From: Glaucostegus cemiculus
Taxonomy: Eukaryota
Direction of reading: 5' to 3'
Length of the DNA: 64,000 nucleotides
Assembly: GCA_976551045.1 (NCBI GenBank)
Contig: CDPCPM010000102.1
Location: 806,001 to 870,000, forward strand
A program made the translations under genes and the position numbers. The notes beneath the pieces were generated by a model, which saw only the letters and a list, made by a program, of their open reading frames with translations, was not told where the DNA came from and searched no databases. Shown here one piece after another: positions 26,189-39,079 of this stretch (position 1 is its first letter; each line of letters starts with the position of its first letter).

Positions 26189-26359
26189 ATGCAGTCTTTG
26201 AGCCACATGGTCCTTCAGGGAAGTATACTGGCAATTCAGTATGAATGGAATTTGGTGCTGACTAATGCTTATTCTTTCAAGAGATGTGGGTGTGGAATGG
26301 ATAGCATTTATCCAGTATGTTTTCTCCAAATTCCAGCATCTGCAGTCTCTTGTGTCAGC

Positions 26360-26585
26360 ATTTATTGGCTTTTTTTGCCCTTGATGGGTTGACATACCAC
26401 CTTAAATCATTGCAACTTTTTGCTGAAGATATTGCTAGGGTATTGTTAGTTAGGGAGGTCAAGAATTTTATCCAGTGATAACAAATACTTCCAAATCTGA
26501 ATGGTGTGTGACTTGGAAGGGAGCTTGCATTAAGATGTTATTGCTTTTTTTTAGGTAATCATGGATGCAAATTTGGGAGTAGCTA
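26360..26585 (-). mobile_element. Old CR1/L2-group 3' end (same family as 3480-3790)
   Basis: TTGCCCTTGA...GTTAGGGAG...ATGGTGTGTGACTTGGAAGGGAGCTTGCA parallels 3512-3665. Confidence 0.5.
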
Positions 26586-29227
26586 CTGTGGTGGTTTTAA
26601 ACCTTTTTTCCCTGCGTTGGTAAGGATGCATCTTTGTCTTGGCCTCCCAGTCCCAAAGCTGTGTCTTCGTTAACCGATTATTCTGGCTTGTATGAAGAGA
26701 AGTTGTATTGTGTAAGATGGTGGCTTTTTGTTTTAGTGGGAAATTAGTTTTTCAATTCACTCTTGAAAGAGTGCAAGCACTCAGTCCAATGCAGACAACT
26801 TATTATTGGGTATCCAGAAATGAGCATCTGTTGCATGAACTGCTTACTAAGCCCCATTCTGTGCTGTTCTTACATCAGGAAGAACCCTGAGTTGAAGCCA
26901 AGTATTTTTCTTCAGCTCTATCTGTCTTTGACTTTTTAAATTTTTTGGGGTAAATTTTGAGTTACACTTGCACTTAAAGGTGACCTGTTTTTCCTCTGTG
27001 AACATGTGGGGAAAATTTGAGATTTGTTAAAATCTAGTAGATGGTCGCTGGGAAAGAGTTGCAAATGCTTAAGAACCAGATTAACTGTGACCTTATTTGC
27101 CCCGGCATAGCTGTGTATTATTTCTTCCACAATCTTCAGCCTTTAAGAAATGTTATTACTTGAAAATGTGAGGATTTTTATTCTCTTGATTCTGCCCAAT
27201 AGATTTTTTTTTAAAGATTGAGTTGAGTGCTAGTACCATTTGTACATAATCTCCAAATATCTGGACTATGCATTGTTAAATTTACATTATGGTGGCACTC
27301 AAAGCTGTCAGTGTTACAATTTTATTCCTGAAGTCAATACCATAGTTATCTTAAACTGGAACTTAAAAGAAAATCCTAATGTTTTGAGATGAGCAACACT
27401 TTTTTTTAAAAAAGCAACTTAAAACAAAGTTGCATTAAACTGGTCTGAACGCTTTTAAAAAAGGTCTAATTTAAATGGAAATATTTCGTAAGCCCTTTCT
27501 GTATGGGGTTAATCAAAATATTTTGAAATGCTGCTTCTGGCATTGATTACTTAAATGTTATTTCCACGTACTCTGATCTAATGTGCTATTATGGGTGTTG
27601 TGATTGGCAATAAAAATATGCATAAGACCCAATGACTACATTACTGTGTGCAACCACTGTATAGATTCAACATAGTTAAGTTCAGACATAAAGCAATTAT
27701 CAAAATATTTTTGCTAGAGTAATGGAAAAAAACTTGTGATGTGGGGGGGAAAATGAGTACTAGATTTCCTTCTGCGATTTGCAGTGTTCAGTTCATTGGG
27801 ACACCAATTTGGGATAGTTTTTAGTATTGCATTTGCACCTTCAAACCAAACTGCATTTGATGTATGTCTTTGGGTACACACAATGTTGATGTGGATGTTT
27901 AGGCAGCAGGGCTGATTATTATAGAAGCAAAAAAAATAAACAAGGAAATCCTATTGCACTGAGTATTTAAATTATCAAATATTTCATTCTGTAGTGTAAG
28001 CTATTTAAAACTATTTTAATTGCAAGCATCTGTTAATGTCAATTAAAAGGCAAAGTATTTGAAATAGAATCATCAAGTCAAAATCCTTTAAGTTATTGAC
28101 CTGATGTGGTGGTTCCTTGGGAAGTGGCTAGGACACTAGCTGAGTGTTGATTCCTTAGCTTGGCATCAGGCTTGTTTCAAGATGTTGCCAAGTTGTGCTT
28201 TCAGATCCTGAAAATCCACTACAATTCTGAGAAAGAGCACACACTACTAAATTCTACTGTGAGGGATATAAACTGGTGCCAGTTACCAGTAAATACAGCT
28301 GTCTTTTGTGTGCCTTGATGTTTGAGGCAATTGCAATCTGTGAACCTGTTTATGTACACTTTTGTTAGTGGTTTGGTTGTTTAAGACAACTGAAGCCCAA
28401 GAAATTAAGCTGTTGATTTTCCCAGGATCTAAGACTGAAATTTAGCTTGTTTGTGCATTGCCTGTACAGAATGCTACTTGCTATTTTAAGTCTATTTCTT
28501 GCTGGATTGGGGTCATGAAATTTTCTTTGGGGTGCTCCCCTATCAACAGATGTTTCATCTTTAAAATTAGACTTTTTAGTATGACTCATGGTTTCCTTTA
28601 TATTTCAAGCTACCACTTGTACAGAGTTCTTAACTGATATTTTTGTAAAGAAGTTGTATAGAATACTTGAAGTTTTTTTTGAGGATGATTCAGATATTCA
28701 TTTTGAAATAGGATTAAATAATTTTCATTAGTTTAAAATCTAGTGCAGCCAAAACCACAAGATGCTTAATGCAAAAGTTAAGCAAGCCTTTTACAGACCC
28801 TTTTAGTAGACCAAAACATTTAATTCCTTATGCCATGTTAAGATTTTGTTATTTGAAACTTTCATTTTTTCACTTGATGCATTTGCACTTGAGCAAGAAT
28901 TCTGATTTGACTGGATGGTGGTATTGATGTGCCAATTTAATGGAGCATGAAGAATTGAATGAAGAACAACAAACACCAACTATATGGTTTTTATAGATAG
29001 TACCACTGAAAAATACCTCCACACTGCTGATGAGGTTGAGGCAGCTGCATTCTGTTTGGAAGTAGAAGATAAATGTAAATTGGTGCAAATGCTTTACTCT
29101 TTACTCTTTAATCCTTGCTTTACTCACTTAACTCTGGCAGAGTCGTGCAGCAGTTAGTGCACACAGCTCAATTTACCCAGGTTCACTCCTTGCCTTAATC
29201 CTGTGAGTTTACACATTGTGACCACAT

Positions 29228-29895
29228 GCATTCTGGTCACCCCATTATAGGAAGGATGAGGAGGCTGTGGAGAAGTGTAAAGGGGAAAGTACACAGTTAA
29301 TGGCAGGACCCTTAACAGCATTGATGTATAGAGGAATCTTGGGATCAAAGTCTGTAGTTCCCCAAAAGTGGTAAGGTAGTAAAAGCACTGTATGGCATGC
29401 TTGCCTTTATTAGTCATTCATTGAGTTCAAGAGTCAGGAAGTTATGTTGCAGCTTTATAAAACTTTTAGTTAGACCACATCTGGAGTATTGCATTCAATT
29501 CTGGTCACCCCATTACAGGAAGGATGTGGAGGCTTTGGAGATGGTGCAGAAGAGGTTTACCAGGATGCTGCCTGTATTAGAGGGCATGTGCCATAAGAAG
29601 AGGTTGAACAAACAAGGGTTGTTTTCTCTGGAGTGGGTAGAGGCTGAGGGGAGACATGATGGAAGTAAAATTTTACACAAGGTGATGGGTGCCTGCAGTG
29701 CACTGCTAGGGATGGTGGTGGTGGCAGATATGGCATTTAAGGGGCTCTTGGATAGGCACATGAATATGCAGAGAATTGGGGGGGGGGGGTGTTATAGACC
29801 AATAGAGGCAGAAGGGATTAGGTGTCATTGCTTAATTAGTGTGACACATGATGGGCCGAAGGGTCTGTTCTTGCCTTGTGCTATTCAATGTTTGA
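29228..29895 (+). mobile_element. CR1 LINE 3' fragments
   Basis: LVRPHLEYCIQFWSPHYRKDVEALEMVQKRFTRMLP; the FWSPHYRKD segment also occurs at 29230-29270; tail GGGCCGAAGGGTCTGTT. Confidence 0.85.
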
Positions 29896-31467
29896 ATACA
29901 AGGAGTTTCTATGCTTTTGGTTTAAAGCAAAACCTTTCAAGTCATATCTAAAAATTGCCATTTCTCAGTTTCTAATAAAGATATAGTTTACTAGCTGGAG
30001 TATGCAAACTTAATTACACTTTCTTTAAAGAATATTTGCCAAGAAATATTGATTTGATGTCTGCATTTTAACTACACATACTCAATTTACTGATGGCTTT
30101 GTGCTGTATGATTAGTTGACAGTTGTATCATCTATAGCTGTAAAAACAGAGGCCAATTTTTTTGACTGTATTTTGTAAAACTGTTCCCCTTTGGCATGAT
30201 CTTGTGGCACCAATCATACAACAAATGTTATTTTATCGTTAATAGTCACTTTGAACAAGCTTTAAGGCAATTTTGTATCAAAACTTCCAATAACTGAAGG
30301 TGGTTGGAGATAAACCATATGTAGAGCAACTAAAGTGAACTGAAGGGGGCTTTTCAATAGCAGTACCATCTAAGAATAACTGACACTGTTTGTATTATTC
30401 AATATTATTGCACTTTTTTAATTTGTGAAGGAGCCTTGGCTGCAGACACTGTGTCTACAGGTTCCTTAATGCTTTGTGAGAGTACTCATTAACCAGTGTG
30501 AACTTGCAATGAAATAAAAACTCATGCTGGAAATGAGTTGGGCAGCATATGTGGAAAGATACTTGTCAAATGCCACCAGTACATCCATTTTAATGTACAA
30601 CGTACTTTTAGAATGCTTAAAAGCAAGAGTAGGCCATTTGGGATCTCTCGCTTCCCCCATCCCCAGCCCCCCCCCCCCCCCCCACCCAACATGCTCATTG
30701 ACCACACTCTTCCTTGACCTAGACCACTATATTGAATAAATCTGTGCATAGGTTTACTTGTACTTTAGATGGGTCAGTACATCAAGATGCCTTGGCAAGT
30801 GGAAATGGATTGCTGGCTCACTGCAACAGATCCTAATTATGGCCATGATATTAAAAGCCATAAAAGTTTATAGATAACTATGTATATCCTAGCAAATGGG
30901 GAAATACAACAAATATTCTTCATTTGCTCTCTGTGATCAAGTCATGAGGATGTTTAGTGTTGGCAAATTGCTCTTTGCAGAGCTCTTGATATTTTGTATT
31001 ATTTCTTATAGATTTATCATTTTGGTTGTTAAGTGTAAAAAAAAATCAACAGAAAAAGTTAATTCTGGGCTGTTCAAATGGCAGTAAATGCACTTCTAGT
31101 TTATCTCGTCAGTGTAAACTGTAGTCAGTAAAACACTTTTGTTGATGCTTCAGAGACTCGCCACCACATGACATTAACAAATGGTTGCTTGCTTTATTAG
31201 CACATGTTTGGAACAATACATTGTCTTTGGAAACATTGTATTCTTTAAAAGACAATAGTCTGGAATGTTTGACCTGTTGATCACATTGCTGATCTGTTGC
31301 TTACTCAGCAGAAGCAAATACATTGTGTGCAACTCTGTAAACTTTGGTTTATGCCCTACTATTTTTGAGTTCTGTCCTCCCTCTACTGTGCAAATATCCT
31401 GAAAGGATATTAATGAGCCAGTAATCCTACAACTAAAATCAACAAAGGGTGCATAAGGGGATTACCA

Positions 31468-31915
31468 AAAGGCTGCCTGTATTAGAGAGTATGAGCTATC
31501 AGGGGAGGTTGGACAAACTTGGGTTGTTTCCTCTGGAATATTGGAGGCTAAGGGGAAACCTGCTAGACATTTATAAGATTTGAGAGGTATAGATAGAGCA
31601 GACTATCAGAATCTTTCCCAGGGTAGAAATGTCATGTACTAGAGGATGTGCATTTAAGGTGAGACGGAATGTTTGAAGGAGATGTGCGGGTAGGTATTTT
31701 TTTAATACAGAGTGGTCAGTGTCTGGAGCAGGTAGCTGGGGAGAGTGTTGGAAAAAATACGATTAGTGGCATTTGAGGCTGGTAGATTAACATGAATATG
31801 TAGGAAACAGATATATAGATCATGTACAAAGAAGAGAATGAGTTGAATTCAGCATTGTGCTCAGCACAGACATGGGGGACTGAAGGGCCTGTTCCTATGC
31901 TGCACTGTTCTGTAT
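31468..31915 (+). mobile_element. CR1 LINE 3' fragment
   Basis: GCTGCCTGTATTAGAG...TTGGGTTGTTTCCTCTGGA...tail GAAGGGCCTGTTCCTATGCTG. Confidence 0.8.
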
Positions 31916-32235
31916 GTTTAATACCATCTTAGTCACTGCACTATTAATAGAACAAATTAATCCTTTTGCCAAATTTAAACTATGATTAGCATGGCTGTGA
32001 GGTGAACTTTAGTGAACTGAGCCCCTGTGAAAGGTGGGTGTTGCTGAGGACTTTTACTGGTGTGGCTGAAAGCCTGGGGTAAAGATGGGAACCCACCTGC
32101 TATCACTATTACTTCATCCAGAGTCAATGTGTTAGCTGCATGCAACTCAGACCAATAATCAGGCTGAAAGTAAGTCTTTGTTGCCCCTTAGTTGAAGAAA
32201 GCAGGCTTGCTGGTTTCAAGAAGTTCTTTCACATT

Positions 32236-32945
32236 AGTATTGGTTTATTATTGTCACTTGTACTGAGGTACAGTGAAAATCTTGTCTTGCATACTGTTTA
32301 TACAGATCAATTCATTACAGTTCATTGAGGTAGTATAGGGTTAAAACATTAACAGAATACAGAGCAAAGTGTTACAGCTACTGAGGAAGTGCAATGCAGG
32401 TAGACAATAAGGTGCAAGGTTATAAGGTAGATTGTGAGGTTAAGATCCATCTCAGATCAAGTGGACAGTCAGACTTTTTCCCGGGGGACAATGGCTAACA
32501 TGATGGGGTATAATTTTAAGGTGATTTGGAGGAAGGTATTGGGGGAGGGGATGTTGAAGGCAAGTTCTCTTACACCGTGGTGGGTGTGTGGAACACACTG
32601 CTGGCAGAGGTTGTAGGGACAGATGCATTAAGGGCATTTAGGAGACTCTTTTGATAGCCATGTGAATGATAAAGAAATGGAGGGCTATGTGGGAGGGAAG
32701 GAATAGATAGATCTTGGAATAGAATAAAATGTCAGCACAACATTGTGGGCCAAAGGGCCTGTACTGTGTTATGTTCTATGTTCATTGCATAAGGGACCCA
32801 TTCAATAGTCTTATAACAGTGGGATAGAAGCTGTCCATGAGCCAGGTGGTATGTGCCCTCAGGGTCCTGTCTCTTCTACCTGATGGGAGAGGGGAGAAGA
32901 GAGAATGCACTGTGTGGGTGGGATCCTTGATTATGCTTGTTGGTT
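32236..32945 (-). mobile_element. Rex1/Babar 3' end split by a CR1 insertion
   Basis: Tail at 32236-32454 and coding remnant SIIKDPTH..SLFSPLPSGRR at 32782-32945 rejoin seamlessly (CCATCTCA|TTG). Confidence 0.85.
32455..32781 (+). mobile_element. CR1 3' fragment nested in Rex1
   Basis: Tail GGGCCAAAGGGCCTGTACTGTG-TTATGTTCTATGTT; TCA on both flanks. Confidence 0.85.
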
Positions 32946-33064
32946 TCAAGAAGCTCTTACACATCCATTATCTCGTTAGCAACAATGGGTTTCTTGTGTG
33001 CAGAAACAGCTGCAGCTCCACCCAACAATGCAGCCAATGCTACACTCCTTTCTGTACAACCTGG

Positions 33065-33270
33065 GCATATAAAATAATGAGGCATAGGTAGTAAGAAACT
33101 TTTCCCCATGGCAGAGGTGTCTAAGGTCAGAGGGTATTTGTTTGAGGTGAGGGGTATGAGGTTGTGGGGATCCTAGGAAGAACTTTATCACCCAGAGAGT
33201 GATTGCAATCTCTGTGGGAATGGTACAGTCAGGAACTTTTTAGATGTTTCTGAAGCATCTGGAAGAGCAT
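33065..33270 (+). mobile_element. CR1 C-terminal fragment
   Basis: TATAAAATAATGAGGCATAG...AGGAAGAACTTTATCACCCAGAGAGTG. Confidence 0.65.
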
Positions 33271-33274
33271 TTGC

Positions 33275-35620
33275 TACTCCTGGTGAAATGTGGGAGATCA
33301 GGGAGCAGTCAAATGTCCTTTATGATGACATTCACAGGAAGTGTCCAGCTTCAACTCCTCTTTGACTGTGTGGATCAGTTGGAATGGCAGCTGGATTTGC
33401 TGAGGAAAATACAGGAGGCAGAGAGTGTTATAGATGGGAGTTTCAGAGACGTGGTTACACAAGTTTCAGCCAGATAGATGGGTGACTGCCAGGAGGGGCA
33501 GGGAGGTAGTGCAGGAGTCTCCCGAGGCTGATCCCTCAAAAGGTATACTGTTTTGAATTTTACTTAAAAGCCTCTATGGGGAAAACTGACAGCAACAGCC
33601 AGATGGGCAGGCAAGGTGGTGTCGCGGTTAGTGTGACACTATTACAGTGCCAGCGACCCAGGTTCAATTCTGGCCGCTGTCTATAAGGAGTTTGTACTTT
33701 CTCGTCCATGACTGCCTGGGTTTCCTCTGGGTGCTCTGGGTTTTCTCCCACATTCCAAAGATGTTCAGGTTAGGAAGTTGTGGGCATGCTATGTTGACGC
33801 CGGAAGTGTAGCGACACTTGTGGGCTGCCCCCAGTACACTCAATGCAAAAAATGCATTTCACTGTGTTTTAATGTACACATGTCTAATAAAGAAATCCTG
33901 TCTTCTCAGTGGCACCATAACTGTCTGTTGCACTAGGATACATCAAAATCTAGGTGAGCAGTAAGTAATGGGGCACTCAAGTTGGGTACAAATGGGTTAT
34001 TCTGTGGCCAAGAGTGAGACTCCAGGATGGTGTTGCCTCCCTGGTGTCAGGGTCAACAATGTCTCTGAGCAGGCCCAGGACATTCTGAAAGGGGAGGGTA
34101 AGCAGCCAGCGATCATAGCCCATATTGATGCCGATGATGTGGGCAGGAAGGGAGATGAGGGAATTGGGTAGAAAGATTTTTTTAGAAGGAAAACAGGAGT
34201 TTAAGTGTTGAACTCTCAAGATTGCTCCCTGTGCCACATGCCAGTGAGGCAAGAAATAAGATAATGTGGTTCTAAGAATGTGTGGTTAAGGAGTTGTTGC
34301 AGGAGGTGGGGACTACAGGTACAATAATCATAAGGCTCCCTCCCAAGGTAAGTGGGACATGTACAAGAAGGGGTGGTTGTGTCTAGACTGGAAGGGTACT
34401 GATATTCCCTTGGAGAATTGCTAGTGCTGCTTGGGATGGTTTAAACTAGCATGGATGAAGGCTGGGAACTAGAGCAATAAGTCAGCAAGGGATTGAGGGG
34501 AAGGTAGATGTTAGGTCAAGTAAGTCTGACAAGAAGTACTGGGTGAAGTGATTTGGTAGATTGGCCAAGCCAATTTTCTATCCATGGAGGGTAGTGGTTG
34601 GAGGGGTGTTGTTCGGACTGGACATCTCTGACCACTGGTGTTCTGCAGGGATCAGTGCTGGGATCTCTATTAGTGCTGTTTATAAATGATTTTGGATTAA
34701 AATTTAGGTGGGCTGATTAAGTTTGCAGATAACAGAAATTGGTGGAGCTCTGGATAGTGAGGAAGCTTGTCAAAGGATCTAGCAGGATTGAGGTCAGTTG
34801 GAAATATGGGTGGAGAAATGGCAGATGAAGTTTAATCTGGATATGTGAGCTGTTGCACTTTGGGAGGTCAAAAATAAGAGGAAAGTATGCAGTAAATGGC
34901 AGGACCCTTGGGAGCACTGAAGTACAGAGGAAACTTTTTGGTGCAAGTCCATAGGTTCCTGAATGTGGCAACATGAGTGGATAGGGTGGTAAAGCAGGTA
35001 TATGGCACACTTGTCTTCATTAGTTGGGACATTGAGTATAAAGGTTAATAAGTTGTGTTACCGATGTATAAAACTTTGGTTAGGCTACATTTGGAGTTGT
35101 GTGCAGTTCTGGTTGCCACATTACAGGAAAGAGGTGATAGTTTTGGAGAGGGTGCAGAAGAGGTTCACTAGGCTGTTGCCTGGATTAGAGAGTATTACCT
35201 ACAAGAAGTTGGTCAAACTTGGATAGATTTCTCTGGTGCATCGGAAGTTGAGGGGTGTCCTAATTGAAGTGTATAAAATTGAGAGGCATTGACTATCTAG
35301 CCTGTCTGAGTCTTTTTTCCCAGGATGGAAATGTCATGTACCACAGGGCTTAGCTTTAAGGTAACATGGTGGGGGGGGGGGTGACATAGAGGAAGTTTAG
35401 AGATTTACAAATGTTTCTCTTTGTACAGAGAGTGATCGGTGCCTTGAATGTGCTGCTCAGGGGCTAGTGGAAGCAGATGTAAGAGTAATGTTTGAAGCAT
35501 TCAGGCAGGGAATGGAGGGATATGGCCCATATGCAGGCAGATGGGATTACTTAATTTGGCACACTGGTTGGCACAGACATCATGGGCTGAAGGGCCTGTT
35601 CTTGCTGTTTTGTTCTTCTA
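33275..35620 (+). mobile_element. CR1 LINE retaining ORF1 (zinc finger/leucine zipper plus SGNH esterase) joined to RT C-terminus
   Basis: QLQLLFDCVDQLEWQLDLLRKIQEAESVID; CCLPGVRVNNVSEQAQDILKGEGKQPAIIAHIDADDVG (CCLPGA...VHIGTND-type esterase); then GVLQGSVLG near 34637, KFAD and CVQFWLPHYRK. Confidence 0.85.
33606..33905 (+). mobile_element. tRNA-derived V-domain SINE inserted in CR1 ORF1
   Basis: A box GGTGTCGCGGTTAG, B box GGTTCAATTC, V-domain GGGTTTCCTCTGGGTGCTCTGG...CCCACATTCCAAAGA; matches 62834-63129. Confidence 0.9.
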
Positions 35621-35676
35621 TTTGAAAAAGGTCTAGTAGGCAATTAAGCAAATGCTTGTGAATGTGATTAGTATTG

Positions 35677-37170
35677 AATCATAGAATCATGGAGTTATAC
35701 AGCATGGAAACAGGCCCTTCAGCCCAACTGGTTCATGCTGGCTAAAATACCCCATCCAAGCTTGTCCCATTTGCCAACATTTTGACTATAACCTTCTAAA
35801 CCATTCCAATCCATGTACCTGTCCAAATGTCTTTTAAAAGTCATTGTTGTACATACCTCAACCACTTCCTCTAACAGCTCGTTCCATATGGATACTACCC
35901 TATTTTTAAAGTTGACCCTCAAGTTCCTGTTAAATCTTCCCCTCTCACCTTAAATTTATGCCCTCTAGTTTTTAGTTTTCCCAACTCTGGGGTGGGGAAG
36001 GTAAGATTTGAATACATTCACTCTATTGATGCTCCTCATGATTTTATATGACTCTATAAAATTTACCCCACGGTCTCTTGTGCTCTAAGGAGTAGACCTA
36101 GCCTGTCCAGCCTCTACCTGTAACTCAGTTTCTCAAGTCCTGGCAACATCCTTGTCAATCTTTCCTGTACTCTTTCCAGTTTGACAAATTTCCTACAGCA
36201 GGTTGACCAAAACAGAACACAGTGCTCCAAGTGCAGCCTCACCAGCATCCTGTACAACCACACCATGGTCTCCAAACTTTTATACTCACTGCCCTGACTT
36301 ATGAAGGCCAGCGTGCCAAAAGTCACCGTCACCACAGTGTCTTCCTGTGACTCCACTTTCAGTGAACATGTAATTTGTCCTCCAAGCTCCCTCTGTTCAA
36401 CAATACTCCCCAGGGCCCTGCTGTTCATTGTGAAACCCTACCAGGATTTGGCTTTCCAAAATGCAACACCTCACACTTGGCTGAATTAAACTCCATTTGC
36501 CGTTCCTCTGTCCACCTACTCAGCTGATCAAGATCCCCTTGTAATTTTTGATAATCATTTTCCACTATACCACCTATTTTAGTGTCATCATGGCCTGAAC
36601 GTTCCTACCAAATTGTTGATTTAGATGACAAACAACAATGGGCCTAGCCCTGACCCCTGAGGCACACCACTAGTCGTGGGCCTCCAGTTTGAGAAACAAC
36701 CTTCCATCATCACCCTCTGCTTTCTACCATCAAGCCAGTTGTGTATCCAATTAGCCAGCTGTCCCTAAATTCAGTGCAATCTAACCTTCCAGAGAAGCCT
36801 ACCACTTAAAATGCGGTACCTTGTTACAGGCCTTACTGAAGTCCATACAAACCAGGTCTACTACCCTGCCATCATCAACTTTTTTGGTCACCTTGTCAAA
36901 AAAACTCAAGTTTGTTAGACGTGATCTCCCATGCACAAAGCCATGCTGATTACCCCTCATCAACCCTTGTCTTTCTAGATGTATGTATATCTTATCCTTT
37001 AGAATCCTTTCCAGTAACTTACCTGCCATAGATGTTAGACTTGCTGGTCTATAGTTCCCAGGTTTTTCTTTGTTGCCCTTAAATAAAGGCACAATATTCA
37101 CAACAGTCTACAGGCACTTTCACCTGTGGTTAACGTGGTTCCAGCAATTTCTTCTCTGGCCTCCTGCAGT
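35677..37170 (-). mobile_element. CR1 LINE RT through 3' end
   Basis: NIVPLFKG.KEKPGNYRPASLTS, QHGFVHGRS, MDFSKA; LYRMLVRLHLEHCVLFW; tail GAATCATAGAATCATGG. Confidence 0.92.
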
Positions 37171-38754
37171 GTTCTTGTAGATGGGTGCTTGAGCTACAGC
37201 ATAGCATGGTGCCCTGACAATTATCCTGATTACTTTTTTCTCTCTCTCAACTATCTCTGTCCCACATTAATAAAATGCTTCTTGTAGAATTTGAAGGTAG
37301 TGAAGACCTATGCAACATGTTTCATTATTCAGTCTCCTGAGTCAACACACTTGATCATTCTGTCCATTTTTTTTTTACCTTCCATTTTGGCAGATAGAAA
37401 TGTGGTAAACTACCTTCATGACAGTCTGGTTTTTCCCCTTTGTGCTACATTTTGAACCAGCAGCCCCTTTGTGCTACAAGAACCAGCAGCCAGTTTTAAA
37501 ATAAAGCTATGTTTCAAGTGGCCAGACCAGATGGTGCCACAGAATTAACATTTTTTCCCTCCTGCCCACCTTCTCCCATTATGGGGTGAGATCTGTACAT
37601 CCACATCCTTTTGGAGGGTAACTGATTTTTTTTAGGATTTTTTGATCTCTATTTAGAGCTGGCATTAAACTAAACATCCTCTTTTGTAGTGGGATGTGTT
37701 TGGGTTATGAAAGCCAGATGAAAATATTAGAAAGCAGTTTTTTTTTAAAAGGATGCAATGTTTACTATTAAGTTTGCTAATGCTACCAGGCCGCGTGCTG
37801 TTCCCTATCACCATCCCCTGTAATAAAAGATAAGGTATTAAAGCAAAATGGGTAATTAATTAATGCCTGTCTGTCAGTGGTTTTGGAGTTGATGAACTCT
37901 TGCCAAACATCAGTCCAACAAGGTGATGTCAGATGGTGGGGAGGGTTGGGTGGGTGGAGGAGGGCTAGTCTTTGTTAATGTGCCGTCTTGCTCCTTCTTG
38001 GATTCTGTTCCTGTTTAGGGTAGTTTCCATTTTATCACAGGCAGGAGAGACGCTGAGGAAGAGGGGAGGGCAGTTTTTAAAACTTTTATCCAATCTGGGG
38101 TACAGTCCTCTGTGTGAAAGTTGGATTTTACCAGAAACAAAATATCAATGGCCATAACATGCAGTTCCTCATACCTGAGTTAAAAGGCCCAGTTCTTTCC
38201 AAGGACCACTTAATCAAAGACCTGTAGTCACCCAGCATTGAGAAATCCTGTGGAACCAGGATCACTGCCTGTGGTGGCCTCTCACCCACTTCAACGCTGG
38301 AAGTTACCTCGCTTCCTGCAGTGCATGAGGGACCAGTGGGTAGTGAACAGATCATTAGATCACTGAGTAACTCTTCCTGTCTGCAACCTTGCCATGTGAA
38401 AAGAAAATCCCAAGCGTTCCAGCAGTAATATTGTGTTGGATAATCCAGACTATTTTACCAGTATAAAAATTCCAGCAATATGGTACCTTGCTTGGGTAAC
38501 TTCCCTGTCTAGGCTCTGACACTCTTGTGACATACTACTGAGATTGTGGTTGCACACTCTAGTTGAATTGGCCATTCTTACAAGAAGTAATGACCCTACA
38601 GCTTATCAAGTAGAGCTCCATAAATATCCAAATCCTTCCTAAATTTTAATTGGGTTATGACCGCTGGAGTTGCTTGCATGTTCTTGCCTACTTTTCTTGA
38701 AAAAACATTAACTTGACCAGACTAATTTGACTGCATACTTTTGTCTGCAAATGA

Positions 38755-39075
38755 ACATGGAACATAGGACATGGGAGCAGAAGATGCTATTTGGCTGAAT
38801 GAATCAGCTCTACCATTTGCCAAAATCATAGTTTATCTTCTGCCCTGAGCACATTTCCCTGATCTATCTCCTATTCCTTGATTTCATCTCAAAATTGAGT
38901 AATTGATATCTGTTTTAATGTATTCAATGAATACACAGCCCCCCTGAAATAGAGTTCCAAAGCTTTACCACCTTTTACTCATTTGTATCCTAAATGACAT
39001 GCCCTTTACAAACTTTGAGCCCTGGTTCTTGTTTTCTTTTGCCAGGGAAACAACATCCTCCCTGCATCATCTTCC
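38755..39075 (-). mobile_element. Old CR1 3' fragment
   Basis: Antisense tail GAACATGGAACATAGGAC...GGAGCAGAAG, parallels 42742-43142. Confidence 0.6.
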
Positions 39076-39079
39076 CTAC

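Noticed and set aside
30654-30690. Long C run as a functional G4 or i-motif
   Set aside because: Homopolymer-type runs recur through the window and look like slippage products
32326-32345. let-7-like miRNA gene (TGAGGTAGTATAGGGTT)
   Set aside because: Lies in an antisense Rex1 UTR, diverges after nt 10, and no complementary star arm is visible; kept only as a target-site observation
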